From Myxococcota bacterium (GTDB taxonomy: Bacteria > Myxococcota_A > UBA796 > CAJQPC01): DNA of 47,744 nucleotides. The position numbers were made by a program, and so were the translations under genes. Under the pieces are notes generated by a model. The model saw only the letters and a list, made by a program, of their open reading frames with translations, was not told the origin of the DNA and made no database searches. Positions 27,249 through 36,901 of this stretch are shown here, piece after piece. Within the stretch, counting starts at the first letter, position 1, and every line of letters starts with the position of its first letter. Where the stretch lies: positions 1 to 47,744 of the forward strand of contig JAZAMN010000009.1 in assembly GCA_036229005.1 (NCBI GenBank), given 5' to 3'.

Positions 27249-29219
27249 ATGCTGCTGATTCTGGCGACTATTGCGTGCAATCGAGGCGGGGACGAGATCC
27301 AGGATCTGCCCTGCCAATCCCGCCTGACCGGTGAGATCACCGACGGGCAGGGCTTCGGGATCCCCGGCGCCACCGTGACCCTGATCGGGTCGGGGGAGAG
27401 CGCCACGGCCGACGCCGACGGCGTGTTCCTGCTGGAAGGCCTGGAGCCCGACAGCGCCTACCGCCTGCGCGTGGACGCGGACGGCTACGCCCCCACCTAC
27501 GCCAAGGCCGCCGCCGGCTGCTGGGAGACGGGCACCACCGGGGCCGTCATGAGCCCCATCGATGGCCAGGCCAGCTTCTCCGCAGCGGAGGGAGGGCTCG
27601 TGGAGACCGAGAACGTCTCGGTCCAATTCCCGGCAGGTGGGATCGTCGACAGCGACGGCGCCCCGTATGAAGGCGAGGTCACCGTGACCGTGGCCTGGAT
27701 CGATCCCTCCACCGGCGAGGTCTGGGAGGGCCCGGGCGATCTGACCGGCCTGGGCATCAACACCGAGACCGGGGAGCAGGAGCGCCAGCTCATGGTCAGC
27801 TACGGCATGGCCGACATCAGCCTCTACGACGACGCCGGCGAGCCCCTGCAGTTGGCCGACGGCGAGACCGCGTCCGTGACCATGAACATCGCCCAGGAGC
27901 ACCTGCCTGAAGGCGTGGTCCTGGAGGACGGCGACACCCAGTCCCTGTGGTGGTACGACGGCGAGACCGGCGCCTGGATCGAGGAGGGCGTGGCCACCGT
28001 CACCTCCGACGGCACCCAGGCCACCTTCGAGGCCAGCCACTTCACCTGGTGGAACGTGGACGACGGGCGCGTGGCCTACTGCGCCACCGGCTGCGTGGTC
28101 GACATGCTGGGCTTCCCCATCCGCAACGCCCAGGTCACCTGCACCGCCTTCGCGCCCCCCGACTTTGGGGACGACGACAACGACGGCGGGGACAACGGCG
28201 ACCGCATCCTGAACCCCAACGCCGACAGCATCAACATCGTCACCACCGACGACGAGGGCTGCTACGAGTGCGAGGTCTGGGCCGGCTCCACCGCGGAGTT
28301 CGACGCCGAGCTGACCGTCAAGGGCGTGACCTACTCCGCCAACAGCGGCGTGTTGGACATCCTGGGGACCACCTCCAGCGTCAACGAGTGCGAGCCCATC
28401 CCCACGCTGGAGATCGAGGTCTGCCGCGAGTCCGGCATCGTGATGGTGGACGACCTGCGGGTCACCAACTCCACCATGGACGGCGTGGACGCGGACCAGG
28501 CCCGCGCCTGGTTCTGGGAGCCCGCCGGCGATCCCGCCCACTGCGCGGACCCCTGGGAGGCCATCCCCGTGGACTCCTGCGTGGCCACCTCGCCCCAGAA
28601 CTTCCCCGAGGAGTTCGCCTCCGTCTTCCAGGAGCGCGACTGGGGCCTGACCCGCAGCACCCGCAGCGCGGGCTCCTACGTGGAGCTGGCCAGCGACCGC
28701 GGCACCTGGCGCCTGGAGCAGGAGAACATCGGCGGTGACCCGGTCTACATCTGGGAGACCGTCAGCGTCGAGGGCATGGAGCTCAACGAGAGCCCCATCG
28801 AGGTCTCCCCCGGCGACACCCTGCGCGCCTCCGCCCCCGGCAGCGCCGACGAGTACTTCGGCCCCGTGGACGACGAGCCCTGGGTGAGCATGCCCACCGC
28901 CCTGACCCTCAGCAACGTGCCCACCAGCGGGAACTTCGAGGCCAACGGCGGCGCCATCGACCTGCGCTTCACCGGCCAGGGCAACGCCGACCACGTGTTC
29001 GTGTTCGTGACCACCGGCGCCGACGAGACCGGCCTGATGTGCCGCTACCAGGACGACGGTGAGATCACCCTCAGCGCCTCCGACCTGGGCCGCGTGAACG
29101 CCGAGTGGGGCAGCGTGGCGGTGTACCGGCCGGAGATCGGCTGGGTGGCGGGCCCCGACGGCCTGCCCATCCGGGTGCAGGGTCTGGCCGGCGTGATCGT
29201 CGGCGCCGACCTGCGCTGA
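27249..29219 (+). CDS. Large acidic lipoprotein: carboxypeptidase-regulatory-like domain plus FAM171/CILP-like beta region
   Basis: ggaggg RBS; MLLILATIAC lipobox; G..IPGATV...ADADG.F; LWWYD.ETG.W.EEG...HFTWWNVD; strong GC3 bias in this frame. Confidence 0.75.
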   Translation: MLLILATIACNRGGDEIQDLPCQSRLTGEITDGQGFGIPGATVTLIGSGESATADADGVFLLEGLEPDSAYRLRVDADGYAPTYAKAAAGCWETGTTGAVMSPIDGQASFSAAEGGLVETENVSVQFPAGGIVDSDGAPYEGEVTVTVAWIDPSTGEVWEGPGDLTGLGINTETGEQERQLMVSYGMADISLYDDAGEPLQLADGETASVTMNIAQEHLPEGVVLEDGDTQSLWWYDGETGAWIEEGVATVTSDGTQATFEASHFTWWNVDDGRVAYCATGCVVDMLGFPIRNAQVTCTAFAPPDFGDDDNDGGDNGDRILNPNADSINIVTTDDEGCYECEVWAGSTAEFDAELTVKGVTYSANSGVLDILGTTSSVNECEPIPTLEIEVCRESGIVMVDDLRVTNSTMDGVDADQARAWFWEPAGDPAHCADPWEAIPVDSCVATSPQNFPEEFASVFQERDWGLTRSTRSAGSYVELASDRGTWRLEQENIGGDPVYIWETVSVEGMELNESPIEVSPGDTLRASAPGSADEYFGPVDDEPWVSMPTALTLSNVPTSGNFEANGGAIDLRFTGQGNADHVFVFVTTGADETGLMCRYQDDGEITLSASDLGRVNAEWGSVAVYRPEIGWVAGPDGLPIRVQGLAGVIVGADLR

Positions 29220-29248
29220 GTCCGCGCTCCGTCCCCCTGTAGGCAGAG

Positions 29249-29275
29249 CCATAGGCTGAGCCTATGGGGGGATAG
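29249..29275. promoter_or_regulatory. OxyR-like ATAG-N7-CTAT box / palindrome upstream of katG
   Basis: ccataggc-tga-gcctatgg inverted repeat (29249-29267) containing ATAG-N7-CTAT; a further ATAG at 29272-29275. Confidence 0.45.
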
Positions 29276-29345
29276 AGACGAAAACTTGGGGGCAATGGCG
29301 ATCCTGTGTCAAGTTTGGAATGAAACCAAACACTGGAGGCACCCG

Positions 29346-31613
29346 ATGCGCCACTCCCCCATGTCTCTGCTCCTCTCCGGCCTCGCGCTCTCGATCCTGC
29401 CCGCGTGCGAGAGCAAGGCCCCCGCGCAGGCAGCCGCCGAAGGCGAGGCCAAGACCGAGGCTTCGACGGACGGCTACTCCGGCGCCACCGCCAAGGCCGC
29501 CCAGCCCACCCCCAACCAGGTCTGGTGGCCTGAGCAGCTCGACCTGAGCCCGCTGCGGCGCAACGCCCAGAGCAACCCCTACGGCGACGACTTCGACTAC
29601 GCCGCCGAGTTCGCCAAGCTGGACCTCGACGCGGTCAAGGCCGACATCGCGGTGGTGCTCACCGACTCGCAGGATTGGTGGCCCGCGGACTTTGGGAACT
29701 ACGGGCCCCTCTTCATCCGCATGGCCTGGCACAGCGCGGGCACCTACCGGGCGATCGACGGACGCGGCGGTGCGGACGGCGGCCAGCAGCGCTTCGAGCC
29801 CCTGAACTCCTGGCCTGACAACGGCAACCTGGACAAGGCCCGGCGCCTGCTCTGGCCGGTCAAGGAGAAGTACGGCCGCTCCATCTCCTGGGCCGACCTG
29901 ATGGTGCTGGCCGGCAACGTCTCCCTGGAGAACATGGGCTTCGAGACCGTGGGCTTTGCCGGCGGGCGCGTCGATGACTGGGAGCCCGAGCTGGTCTACT
30001 GGGGCCCGGAGTCCGAGTGGCTGGGCGACAAGCGCTACCACGGCGACCGCGAGCTGGAGAACCCCCTGGCGGCGGTCCAGATGGGCCTGATCTACGTCAA
30101 CCCCGAGGGCCCCAACGGCAACCCCGACCCCAAGGCGGCGGCCTACGACATCCGGGACACCTTCGGCCGCATGGCCATGAACGACGAGGAGACCGTGGCC
30201 CTGATCGCTGGCGGGCACACCTTCGGAAAGGCCCACGGCGCCCACAAGGTCGAAGACTGCGTCGGGCGTGAGCCGGCCGCCGCGGGCGTGGAGCACCAGG
30301 GCCTTGGTTGGGTCAACAAGTGCGGCGAGGGCAACGGTGCGGACACCGTCACCAGCGGGCTCGAGGGCGCCTGGACCGCCTCCCCCGCGGCCTGGAGCCA
30401 CCAGTACCTGAGCAACCTGTTCAACTTCGAGTGGGAGAAGACCAAGAGCCCCGCTGGCGCGACCCAGTGGAAGCCCGTGGGGGACGCCACCGCCAACCTG
30501 GTGCCCGACGCCCACGACGACTCCAAGCGCCACCACCCCATGATGTTCACCACGGACATCTCGCTCAAGACCGACCCCGCGTACGCGGAGATCTCCAAGC
30601 GCTACATGGAGAACCCCGCGGAGTTCGAGGAGGCCTTTGGCAAGGCCTGGTTCAAGCTCACCCACCGCGACCTGGGCCCCAGCACCCGCTACCTGGGCGC
30701 CGACGTGCCCGAGCAGGACTTCATCTGGCAGGACCCCATCCCCGCCGTGGACCACGCCCTGATCACCGCCAAGGACGCGGACGCGCTCAAGGCCCAGATC
30801 CTGGCGACCGGCGTGGCCCCCGAAGCCCTGATCCGCGTGGCCTGGGGCGCCGCCTCCACCTACCGGGACAGCGACATGCGCGGCGGCGTCAACGGCGCCC
30901 GCATCCGCCTGGAGCCCCAGGTGAGCTGGGAGGTCAACGACCCCGCCGAGCTCAAGGCGGTGCTCACCCAGCTCGACAAGGTGCGCGAGGACTTCAACGC
31001 CAAGGCCACCGGCGGCAAGCAGGTCTCCCTGGCCGACCTGATCGTGCTGGGCGGCGCAGCGGGCATCGAGGCCTCCGCGCAGTCCGTGCAGGTGCCCTTC
31101 GTGCCCGGCCGCATGGACGCGAGCGCGGAGCAGACGGACGTGCAGTCCTTCGGCTTCCTCAAGCCCACCGCTGACGGATTCCGGAACTACTACAGCGATC
31201 AGGCGCTGCGGGACCCGGCCGAGGAGCTCATCGAGAAGGCCGACCTGCTGGACCTGACCGTGCCCGAGATGACCGCCCTGATCGGCGGCCTGCGGGTGCT
31301 GAACGCCAACGCGGGCGGCTCCAAGCACGGCGTGTTCACCGACCAGCCCGGGACCCTGAGCAACGACTTCTTCGTGAACCTGCTGGACCTGTCCACCACC
31401 TGGACCCCCAAGGGCGACGGCACCTTCGAGGGCCGCGGACCCGACGGCAAGGTGCGGTGGACCGCGACGGAGGTCGACCTGGTGTTCGGCTCCAACTCGG
31501 AGCTGCGCGCGGTCGCCGAGGTCTACGCCTACGACCCCGCCCGCTTCCAGCAGGACTTCGTGTCCGCCTGGGTGAAGGTGATGCAGGCCGACCGCTTCGA
31601 CCTGCACCGCTGA
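29346..31613 (+). CDS. katG: Catalase-peroxidase with N-terminal lipoprotein-type signal
   Basis: [55 protein letters not shown]; ggagg RBS before ATG 29346. Confidence 0.96.
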   Translation: MRHSPMSLLLSGLALSILPACESKAPAQAAAEGEAKTEASTDGYSGATAKAAQPTPNQVWWPEQLDLSPLRRNAQSNPYGDDFDYAAEFAKLDLDAVKADIAVVLTDSQDWWPADFGNYGPLFIRMAWHSAGTYRAIDGRGGADGGQQRFEPLNSWPDNGNLDKARRLLWPVKEKYGRSISWADLMVLAGNVSLENMGFETVGFAGGRVDDWEPELVYWGPESEWLGDKRYHGDRELENPLAAVQMGLIYVNPEGPNGNPDPKAAAYDIRDTFGRMAMNDEETVALIAGGHTFGKAHGAHKVEDCVGREPAAAGVEHQGLGWVNKCGEGNGADTVTSGLEGAWTASPAAWSHQYLSNLFNFEWEKTKSPAGATQWKPVGDATANLVPDAHDDSKRHHPMMFTTDISLKTDPAYAEISKRYMENPAEFEEAFGKAWFKLTHRDLGPSTRYLGADVPEQDFIWQDPIPAVDHALITAKDADALKAQILATGVAPEALIRVAWGAASTYRDSDMRGGVNGARIRLEPQVSWEVNDPAELKAVLTQLDKVREDFNAKATGGKQVSLADLIVLGGAAGIEASAQSVQVPFVPGRMDASAEQTDVQSFGFLKPTADGFRNYYSDQALRDPAEELIEKADLLDLTVPEMTALIGGLRVLNANAGGSKHGVFTDQPGTLSNDFFVNLLDLSTTWTPKGDGTFEGRGPDGKVRWTATEVDLVFGSNSELRAVAEVYAYDPARFQQDFVSAWVKVMQADRFDLHR

Positions 31614-31635
31614 GGGCCGCGGTGGCCCCCCCCGC

Positions 31636-32103
31636 TCAGTGCTGCGGGGGGCGCCCACCGGGAGGGGGACCGTGGTGCTCCTCCCGCCCGAAGGTGGCCT
31701 CGAGGCCCTCGACCAGGGCCTGGGTCTCCTCCGGTGTGAAGCGCGCCTCGGGGTGCATCTTGAGGTAGTAGTCGGGGGGCATGTGCCCCTCCTCCGCCTC
31801 TTCAGCCGCCTCTCCGGCGTCCCGCTGGGGGGTGTCCATCTCGGAGAAGTTGAGGTGCTCGCGGCCCTCGTCCACGTGGTTCCGGACCACCCAGGCGACA
31901 GGGGCCACGTAGCCGTACCAGGGGGTCTTCACCTGGTTGGAGTGGCAGTCGAAGCAGGCGCGCTCCGCCAGCGCACGGGTCTCGGCGCTGTCCCACTCGG
32001 CGTCCTGGGTGACCGGCGGGTTCTGCACCCGGTAGGGCACAAGCTGGATGGCCAACACCAGCCCACCGACGGCGAGCAGGCTGTTTCGGATCTTGGGAGA
32101 CAT
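31636..32103 (-). CDS. Haem-binding (Haem_bd-type) c-type cytochrome
   Basis: N-terminal TM, ACFDCHS (CXXCH), PWY..VAP, LNFSE, MPP.YY...HP. Confidence 0.88.
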   Translation of the reverse strand: MSPKIRNSLLAVGGLVLAIQLVPYRVQNPPVTQDAEWDSAETRALAERACFDCHSNQVKTPWYGYVAPVAWVVRNHVDEGREHLNFSEMDTPQRDAGEAAEEAEEGHMPPDYYLKMHPEARFTPEETQALVEGLEATFGREEHHGPPPGGRPPQH

Positions 32104-32222
32104 GTCTGGGAACCTCCACTGAGAGTGTCACCTCTGGGACGATGGCGGGCCAGGGCGCGGTTGGGGCTTCGCAAGATCTGGCGCAGCCCGGGAGAGGATA
32201 GGAGACCGGAGCAGGAGGCGCC

Positions 32223-33095
32223 GTGAACCTCAACGATCTGGAGACCTTTGTGCTGGTGGCGCAGGAGGGCACCTTCACGGGCGCCGCCGAGCGCCTGGGG
32301 GTGCCCAAGTCCACGGTGAGCCGCCGGGTGGCCCGCCTGGAGGAGGCGCTGGGGCTGGCCCTGCTGCAGCGCTCGGGCCGCTCCTTCCAGCTCACCGAGG
32401 ACGGCGAGGCCCTGATGTCCCGCTGCGCCCCGGCCCTGCAGGAGATCGCGGCGGTGGAGCGGGACCTGGGCGATCGGGCCGAGGCCCCCCGCGGTCTGCT
32501 GCGCGTGACCGCGTCCATCGACCTGGGCACCACGGACTTCCTGGCGCTCATGCTGGCCGACTACAGCCGGGAGAACCCGGGGGTGGAGCTGGAGCTGCGC
32601 GTGAGCAACCGGGTGGTGGACCTGATGGAGGAGGGCGTGGACGTGGGCTTCCGCACCCACGTGGCGCCGCTGCCCAGCCGCGACGACTTGATGGCCAGGC
32701 ACCTGGGCGCGGTGGAGCTGGGGGCCTATGCGAGCCCGGACTACCTGGCCGCGCACGGCGTCCCCCAGCGGGTGGAGGCCCTCAAGGGGCACCCCGTGGT
32801 CTCCCACCGCAGCGCCTACCTGGCGCCCTGCCCCACGGAGCCCATGCTGCGCGCAGACGACTACCGCCCCGTGGCCGCTCTGCTGGCCGCCGGGGCGGGG
32901 GTCGGGGTGCTGCCGCGCTTTGTGGCCGCCCCCCTGGTGGACGCGGGCCGCCTGCAGCCTCTGCTCCCGGACTGGGAGCTGAAGCCGGCGACCCTGTCCC
33001 TGGTCTGGCTGAGGAGTCGGCACCTGGCGCCGCGGGTGCGGGCCTTCATCGACAAGGTCGTGGCCCACACCCAGCGCCCGGACTGGTTCCGCTGA
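32223..33095 (+). CDS. LysR family regulator (CrgA/DmlR-like)
   Basis: F..AA..LG.PKSTVSRRV..LE..LG..L..R HTH; VDL.EEG.DV..R; aggagg RBS. Confidence 0.92.
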   Translation: MNLNDLETFVLVAQEGTFTGAAERLGVPKSTVSRRVARLEEALGLALLQRSGRSFQLTEDGEALMSRCAPALQEIAAVERDLGDRAEAPRGLLRVTASIDLGTTDFLALMLADYSRENPGVELELRVSNRVVDLMEEGVDVGFRTHVAPLPSRDDLMARHLGAVELGAYASPDYLAAHGVPQRVEALKGHPVVSHRSAYLAPCPTEPMLRADDYRPVAALLAAGAGVGVLPRFVAAPLVDAGRLQPLLPDWELKPATLSLVWLRSRHLAPRVRAFIDKVVAHTQRPDWFR

Positions 33096-33098
33096 GGC

Positions 33099-33641
33099 TC
33101 AGCCCCCCAGGCCGATCTGGCGCATGAACTCCTGGTTGTCCCAGAACAGGTACTCCTCGTCCATGACGCCGTCTTCGTTCCAGTGGCCGATGGTCGCCAT
33201 CTGCAGGGAGTAGGCCTGCCCGGTGGGCTGGATGAACTGGCCGCCGCCGATGGGCATGGGCTCGGTGAAGGTGCCCTCGATGATGCCGATCACCGCGGTC
33301 CACTCCCCCTGACCCAGGCGCACGGGGTGCTCCTCGATGCGGGTGTCCGGGGCCCAGACGAACATGGCCGCCAGGTCCTGCTGGTGCTGCTCCAGGCCCT
33401 TGGTGGTGTGCCCGTCGGGCCAGTGCACCAGGATGTCCTCGGCGTGGCTCTCGCTCAGGCGCTCCCACTGCTGGTGTGTGAACACCTCGTAGTCGAGCTC
33501 GTCAAAGGTCTGGAGCGTGGCCGCGATGCGGGCGGCCTCGGCGGCCTGCGCGTCGGCCTTGCGGTCCTTGCGGCCGGCCATGGAGACGCCGCCGACCAGG
33601 AAGATTGCGCTGAGGGCCAGGGTGGGGAGGATGCGTTGCAT
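33099..33641 (-). CDS. SnoaL-like ester cyclase/NTF2-fold protein with signal peptide
   Basis: FDELDY.VF..Q.W..L.ESH..DI.VHWPDG...GTFT.PM...EEYLFWDN; aggag RBS. Confidence 0.85.
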   Translation of the reverse strand: MQRILPTLALSAIFLVGGVSMAGRKDRKADAQAAEAARIAATLQTFDELDYEVFTHQQWERLSESHAEDILVHWPDGHTTKGLEQHQQDLAAMFVWAPDTRIEEHPVRLGQGEWTAVIGIIEGTFTEPMPIGGGQFIQPTGQAYSLQMATIGHWNEDGVMDEEYLFWDNQEFMRQIGLGG

Positions 33642-33683
33642 GGGGGTCTCCTGTCTCGAAGGGGGATGCGGCGGCCTGCGGCC

Positions 33684-34313
33684 TCAGGCGGGGAGGACCA
33701 GGCGCCAGGCGGTGCCGAAGCCGGTGTCCAGCCGGAACTGCAGGGTGATGCCCAGCAGGCCCAGGGCCTCAAGCTGCTGCGCGCGGCTGAGGGCGCCCGC
33801 GTCGGTGACCGTCAGGCCTCCGGCCCGCACGATGGCGGCCACGCGCTCCTTGGCGGCCTCGTCGTCGCCCGCCAGGAAGACATCCAGGGTCTGGCCGGCC
33901 ACCTCACCGGCGACCAGGGTGCCCGCGAAGGTGGTGTTGAAGGCCTTGACCACGGTGGCCTTGGGGGCGGCCTGCGCGATGGTCTCCGCGGCGGAGGTGC
34001 CGGGGGCGGTCACCAGCCCGTCGAAGGAGGCGTTCAGGGGGTTGGAGATGTCGATGACGATCTTGCCGGCGAGCTGCTCGGCCAGGCGCTCCGCGAGGGC
34101 CAGGGAGGCCTCGTAGGGGGTCGCCAGGACCACGATCTCGGCCTCCAGGACCTCCTCCAGGCTGGCGGCCTGTGCACCCAGCTCCTGGGCCAGGGCGGCG
34201 GCCTGCTCGGCCTGGTCGCTGTAGATACGGGGGCTGAGGCCGGCGGCCACCATCCGGGTGCCGATGCCCCGAGCCATGTTGCCGCTGCCGATGATGCTGA
34301 GTTGGGTTGCCAT
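33684..34313 (-). CDS. NADPH-dependent F420 reductase-like (Fno family) oxidoreductase
   Basis: IIGSGNMA, LATPY, IDISNP, VVKAFNT, AGDD..AK, DAG.L..A..LE. Confidence 0.88.
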   Translation of the reverse strand: MATQLSIIGSGNMARGIGTRMVAAGLSPRIYSDQAEQAAALAQELGAQAASLEEVLEAEIVVLATPYEASLALAERLAEQLAGKIVIDISNPLNASFDGLVTAPGTSAAETIAQAAPKATVVKAFNTTFAGTLVAGEVAGQTLDVFLAGDDEAAKERVAAIVRAGGLTVTDAGALSRAQQLEALGLLGITLQFRLDTGFGTAWRLVLPA

Positions 34314-34392
34314 GAGAGGCTCCTTTTTTCTGAGGACACCTCCAATCTATACGGTTGCCGTTCAGCTACACTGGATCATGTTTTGAACCATT

Positions 34393-34410
34393 GGTTGCCT
34401 TCACGCAACC
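34393..34410. promoter_or_regulatory. Palindrome GGTTGC-N6-GCAACC (probable LysR site) upstream of the Fno-like/SnoaL genes
   Basis: Perfect 6-bp inverted repeat in an AT-rich spacer; a second ggttgc half-site lies near 34353. Confidence 0.5.
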
Positions 34411-34420
34411 CTCAACCCAA

Positions 34421-35308
34421 TCAGCTCCAGCGCACACTCCGCATCGAGATCGAGCCCCAGTCAAAGCCCGTGATGGGGTGGTCCACCCGCTCCAGGCCCG
34501 TGGCCGCGCCCATCGCGTAGAGCAGCGGCAGCCAGTGCTCCGCGGTGGGGTGGGACATGCGCCCGCTGACGCTGATGTCCGGCGCCCGGTCCAGGATGGC
34601 CCCGTCGTCGTGCTGCTCCAGGGCCGCCGCGATCTCCGCGTCGTAGGTCGCCGCCCAGTCCGGCGTGGCCGTGTCCCGCGCCCGCTTGCGCCCGATGGCG
34701 TCCGGCAGGTTGTGGACGATGTTGCCGCTGCCGATCACCAGCACACCCTGCTCCCGCAGCCCCGCCAGCCGCGAGGCCAGCGCCAGGTGCTGCGCCGGGC
34801 TCAGGTTCCGGTCCAGCGAGAGCTGCAGCACCGGGATGTCCGCGGCCGGGAACATACGACAGAGCACCGCCCAGCAGCCGTGGTCCAGGCCCCGGCTCCC
34901 GCTGACCTTGGCCCGCTCCGCCTTGAGGGTGGTGGCGATGCTCTCGGCCAGCTCGGGGGCCCCCGGCGCCGGGTACTGCATCTCGTGCAGCGCCGTCGGG
35001 AAGCCTCGGAAGTCGTGGATGGTCTCCGGCCAGGGGCTGCCCGTGAGCAGCGTGCCCCGGCTCTCCCAGTGGGCGGAGATCACCAGGATCGCGGTCGGTC
35101 GGGGCAGCGCCGCGCCCAGAGACGAAAAGCCCTCCGCCCACGCGTTGTCCGCGATGGCGTTCAGGGGGCTGCCGTGTCCAACGAACAGCACAGGCAAGGT
35201 GGACATGGGGGACTCCGTCGGCGCCAGGGTGACCTCGCTTGCGGGACGACATGCAGAGATCAGGGCGGTGGCCGCGATCCCCGAGAGGAAGGCCCGGCGG
35301 TCGCTCAT
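34421..35308 (-). CDS. ygiD: 4,5-DOPA-extradiol dioxygenase family (LigB/YgiD) with twin-arginine N-terminal extension
   Basis: LFVGHGSP, ISAHW, TIHDF.GFP, GLDHG.W, GSGNIVHNL, HPT.EH.LPL; ATGA overlap with the yqjG stop. Confidence 0.9.
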   Translation of the reverse strand: MSDRRAFLSGIAATALISACRPASEVTLAPTESPMSTLPVLFVGHGSPLNAIADNAWAEGFSSLGAALPRPTAILVISAHWESRGTLLTGSPWPETIHDFRGFPTALHEMQYPAPGAPELAESIATTLKAERAKVSGSRGLDHGCWAVLCRMFPAADIPVLQLSLDRNLSPAQHLALASRLAGLREQGVLVIGSGNIVHNLPDAIGRKRARDTATPDWAATYDAEIAAALEQHDDGAILDRAPDISVSGRMSHPTAEHWLPLLYAMGAATGLERVDHPITGFDWGSISMRSVRWS

Positions 35309-36216
35309 GCCCCGATCGCTCCTCGACCCAGAAGACTGGGAGGTCCGATGGGGATGATGCCCGTGGGGTTGACCTGCTTGACCGAGCCATAGCCCCGCCG
35401 CATGGCGTCCAGGTTGCAGGTCTCGGCCACCCCCGGCGTGTTGTAGACGCGCTCCAGGTGGGCCTGGATGTTGGGGTAATCGGATATCCGACGCAGGTTG
35501 CAGCGGAAGAAGGGCACGTAGGCGGGGTCGAAGCGGAAGGTGGTCACGAAGAGCCGCAGATCGGCCTCGGTCAGGCGGTCGCCGACCAGGTACTCCCGGC
35601 CCTCCAGGTGCTGCTCCACCGCGTCCAGGGTCTCGAACACGCCGCGCACGGCCTGGTCATAGGGGGCCTGCTCGGTGGCGAAGCCCGCCCGGTACACGCC
35701 GTTGTTCAGCGCGTTGTAGAGGCGCTCCCCCCAGGCCTCGAGCTCGGGGAGCAGGGCCTCCGGGCGCAGGCTGGGGGCGTCGGAGGGCACCCGGTCCAGC
35801 ATCGCGATGATCTCGCTGGACTCGTTGTTCACGATGCGCTGCTGCTGGCTGTCCCAGAGCACCGGAACGGTCACGCGCCCGGTGTAGCGAGGGTCGGCGC
35901 GCAGGTAGAGCTGGTAGAGGTGGTGGTCGCCGTGGGGCGACAGGCTGGGGTCTTCGAAGGCCCAGCTCTGCTCGGTCAGCGTGTTGGCAAAGTGCACGGG
36001 GATCGCGTCCTGCAGCCCCTTGAGGGCCCGGAACAGCAGGGTGCGGTGCGCCCAGGGGCAGGTCCACGCCACGAACAAGTGAAAGCGCCCCGGCTCCAGG
36101 GGCCCAGCGGGCAGCTCGTCCCGGAACACGCTGGCCTTGCGCACGAAGGCGCCGTCGGCGTCCTCGTCGGTGGGGCGCCATTGTCCTTCCCAGACGCCAT
36201 CGATCATGCGGGCCAT
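35305..36216 (-). CDS. yqjG: Glutathionyl-hydroquinone reductase (Xi-class GST)
   Basis: CPWAHR, YTGRVTVPVLWD, IVNNESSEI, NNGVYRAGFA, TEADLRLF, NPTGIIPIGP; aggag RBS before ATG 36216. Confidence 0.92.
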   Translation of the reverse strand: MARMIDGVWEGQWRPTDEDADGAFVRKASVFRDELPAGPLEPGRFHLFVAWTCPWAHRTLLFRALKGLQDAIPVHFANTLTEQSWAFEDPSLSPHGDHHLYQLYLRADPRYTGRVTVPVLWDSQQQRIVNNESSEIIAMLDRVPSDAPSLRPEALLPELEAWGERLYNALNNGVYRAGFATEQAPYDQAVRGVFETLDAVEQHLEGREYLVGDRLTEADLRLFVTTFRFDPAYVPFFRCNLRRISDYPNIQAHLERVYNTPGVAETCNLDAMRRGYGSVKQVNPTGIIPIGPPSLLGRGAIGA

Positions 36217-36280
36217 GCGAACTCTCCTGTTCTTGAGCAGGCAGGGTATTGGACCCAATGCCGGGGCACACCATCAAAAA

Positions 36281-36299
36281 GTGGGCATCATTGTCCCAC
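36281..36299. promoter_or_regulatory. Palindrome GTGGG-N9-CCCAC in AT-rich region upstream of yqjG (possible LysR site)
   Basis: gtgggcatcattgtcccac at 36281-36299. Confidence 0.4.
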
Positions 36300-36348
36300 C
36301 ATTGAAATCAAGCGCCAGCGAGGTGCGGCGACTCAGCCCCAATGCGGC

Positions 36349-36855
36349 TCAACCGCGGAGCTGCTGGACCCCGAGCGCGATGCCCCAGGCGGCCAGGCTC
36401 TTGACCGCGGCGCCGGGCAGGAAGGGCCACAGCCCGTACTTGAGCGCGTCCCCAAAGCCCAGGTGGAACGCCAGGACTGCGACACCGATCGCCAGCACCG
36501 CGGCGTGCCCGGCCAGCCCGCCGAGCAGCCCCCACCACAGCCCCCGCTGGGCCAGCCAGCCGGCCAGGGCGGCGGCCACCCAGAAGCCCAGCACGTACCC
36601 GGCCGAGGGCTCCGAGAAGAAGCCCAGGCCCCCGCTGGACTTGCCCTCCGCGAGCACCGGCAGGCCCAGCAGCACCAGCGCCAGGTAGAGCCCGCCGGCC
36701 AGCGCGCCGACCCGCGGACCGCCGATCAGCCCTGCGGCGATCACGGCAAGGGTCTGGAGGGTCATGGGCACCGGCAACATCGGCACGGTGAGCTGGGCAC
36801 CGAGGGCGATGGCGACGGCGCCAAGGAGAGCGGGGAGCCAGGGGGACAAGGGCAT
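36349..36855 (-). CDS. bioY: Biotin transporter BioY (solitary ECF S-component)
   Basis: PVPMTLQTLAV, YL..V.LGLPV, PSAGY.LGF, PFLPG..VK. Confidence 0.9.
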   Translation of the reverse strand: MPLSPWLPALLGAVAIALGAQLTVPMLPVPMTLQTLAVIAAGLIGGPRVGALAGGLYLALVLLGLPVLAEGKSSGGLGFFSEPSAGYVLGFWVAAALAGWLAQRGLWWGLLGGLAGHAAVLAIGVAVLAFHLGFGDALKYGLWPFLPGAAVKSLAAWGIALGVQQLRG

Positions 36856-36901
36856 GGCCTCTCTCTATCCCGGGGCGGCTGCGTCCAGCTTGGCAGCGGC
36901 C

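Noticed and set aside
33684..34313. Evidence for F420 metabolism
   Set aside because: This dinucleotide-binding family is common in bacteria without F420, and no cof/fbi genes are in the window.
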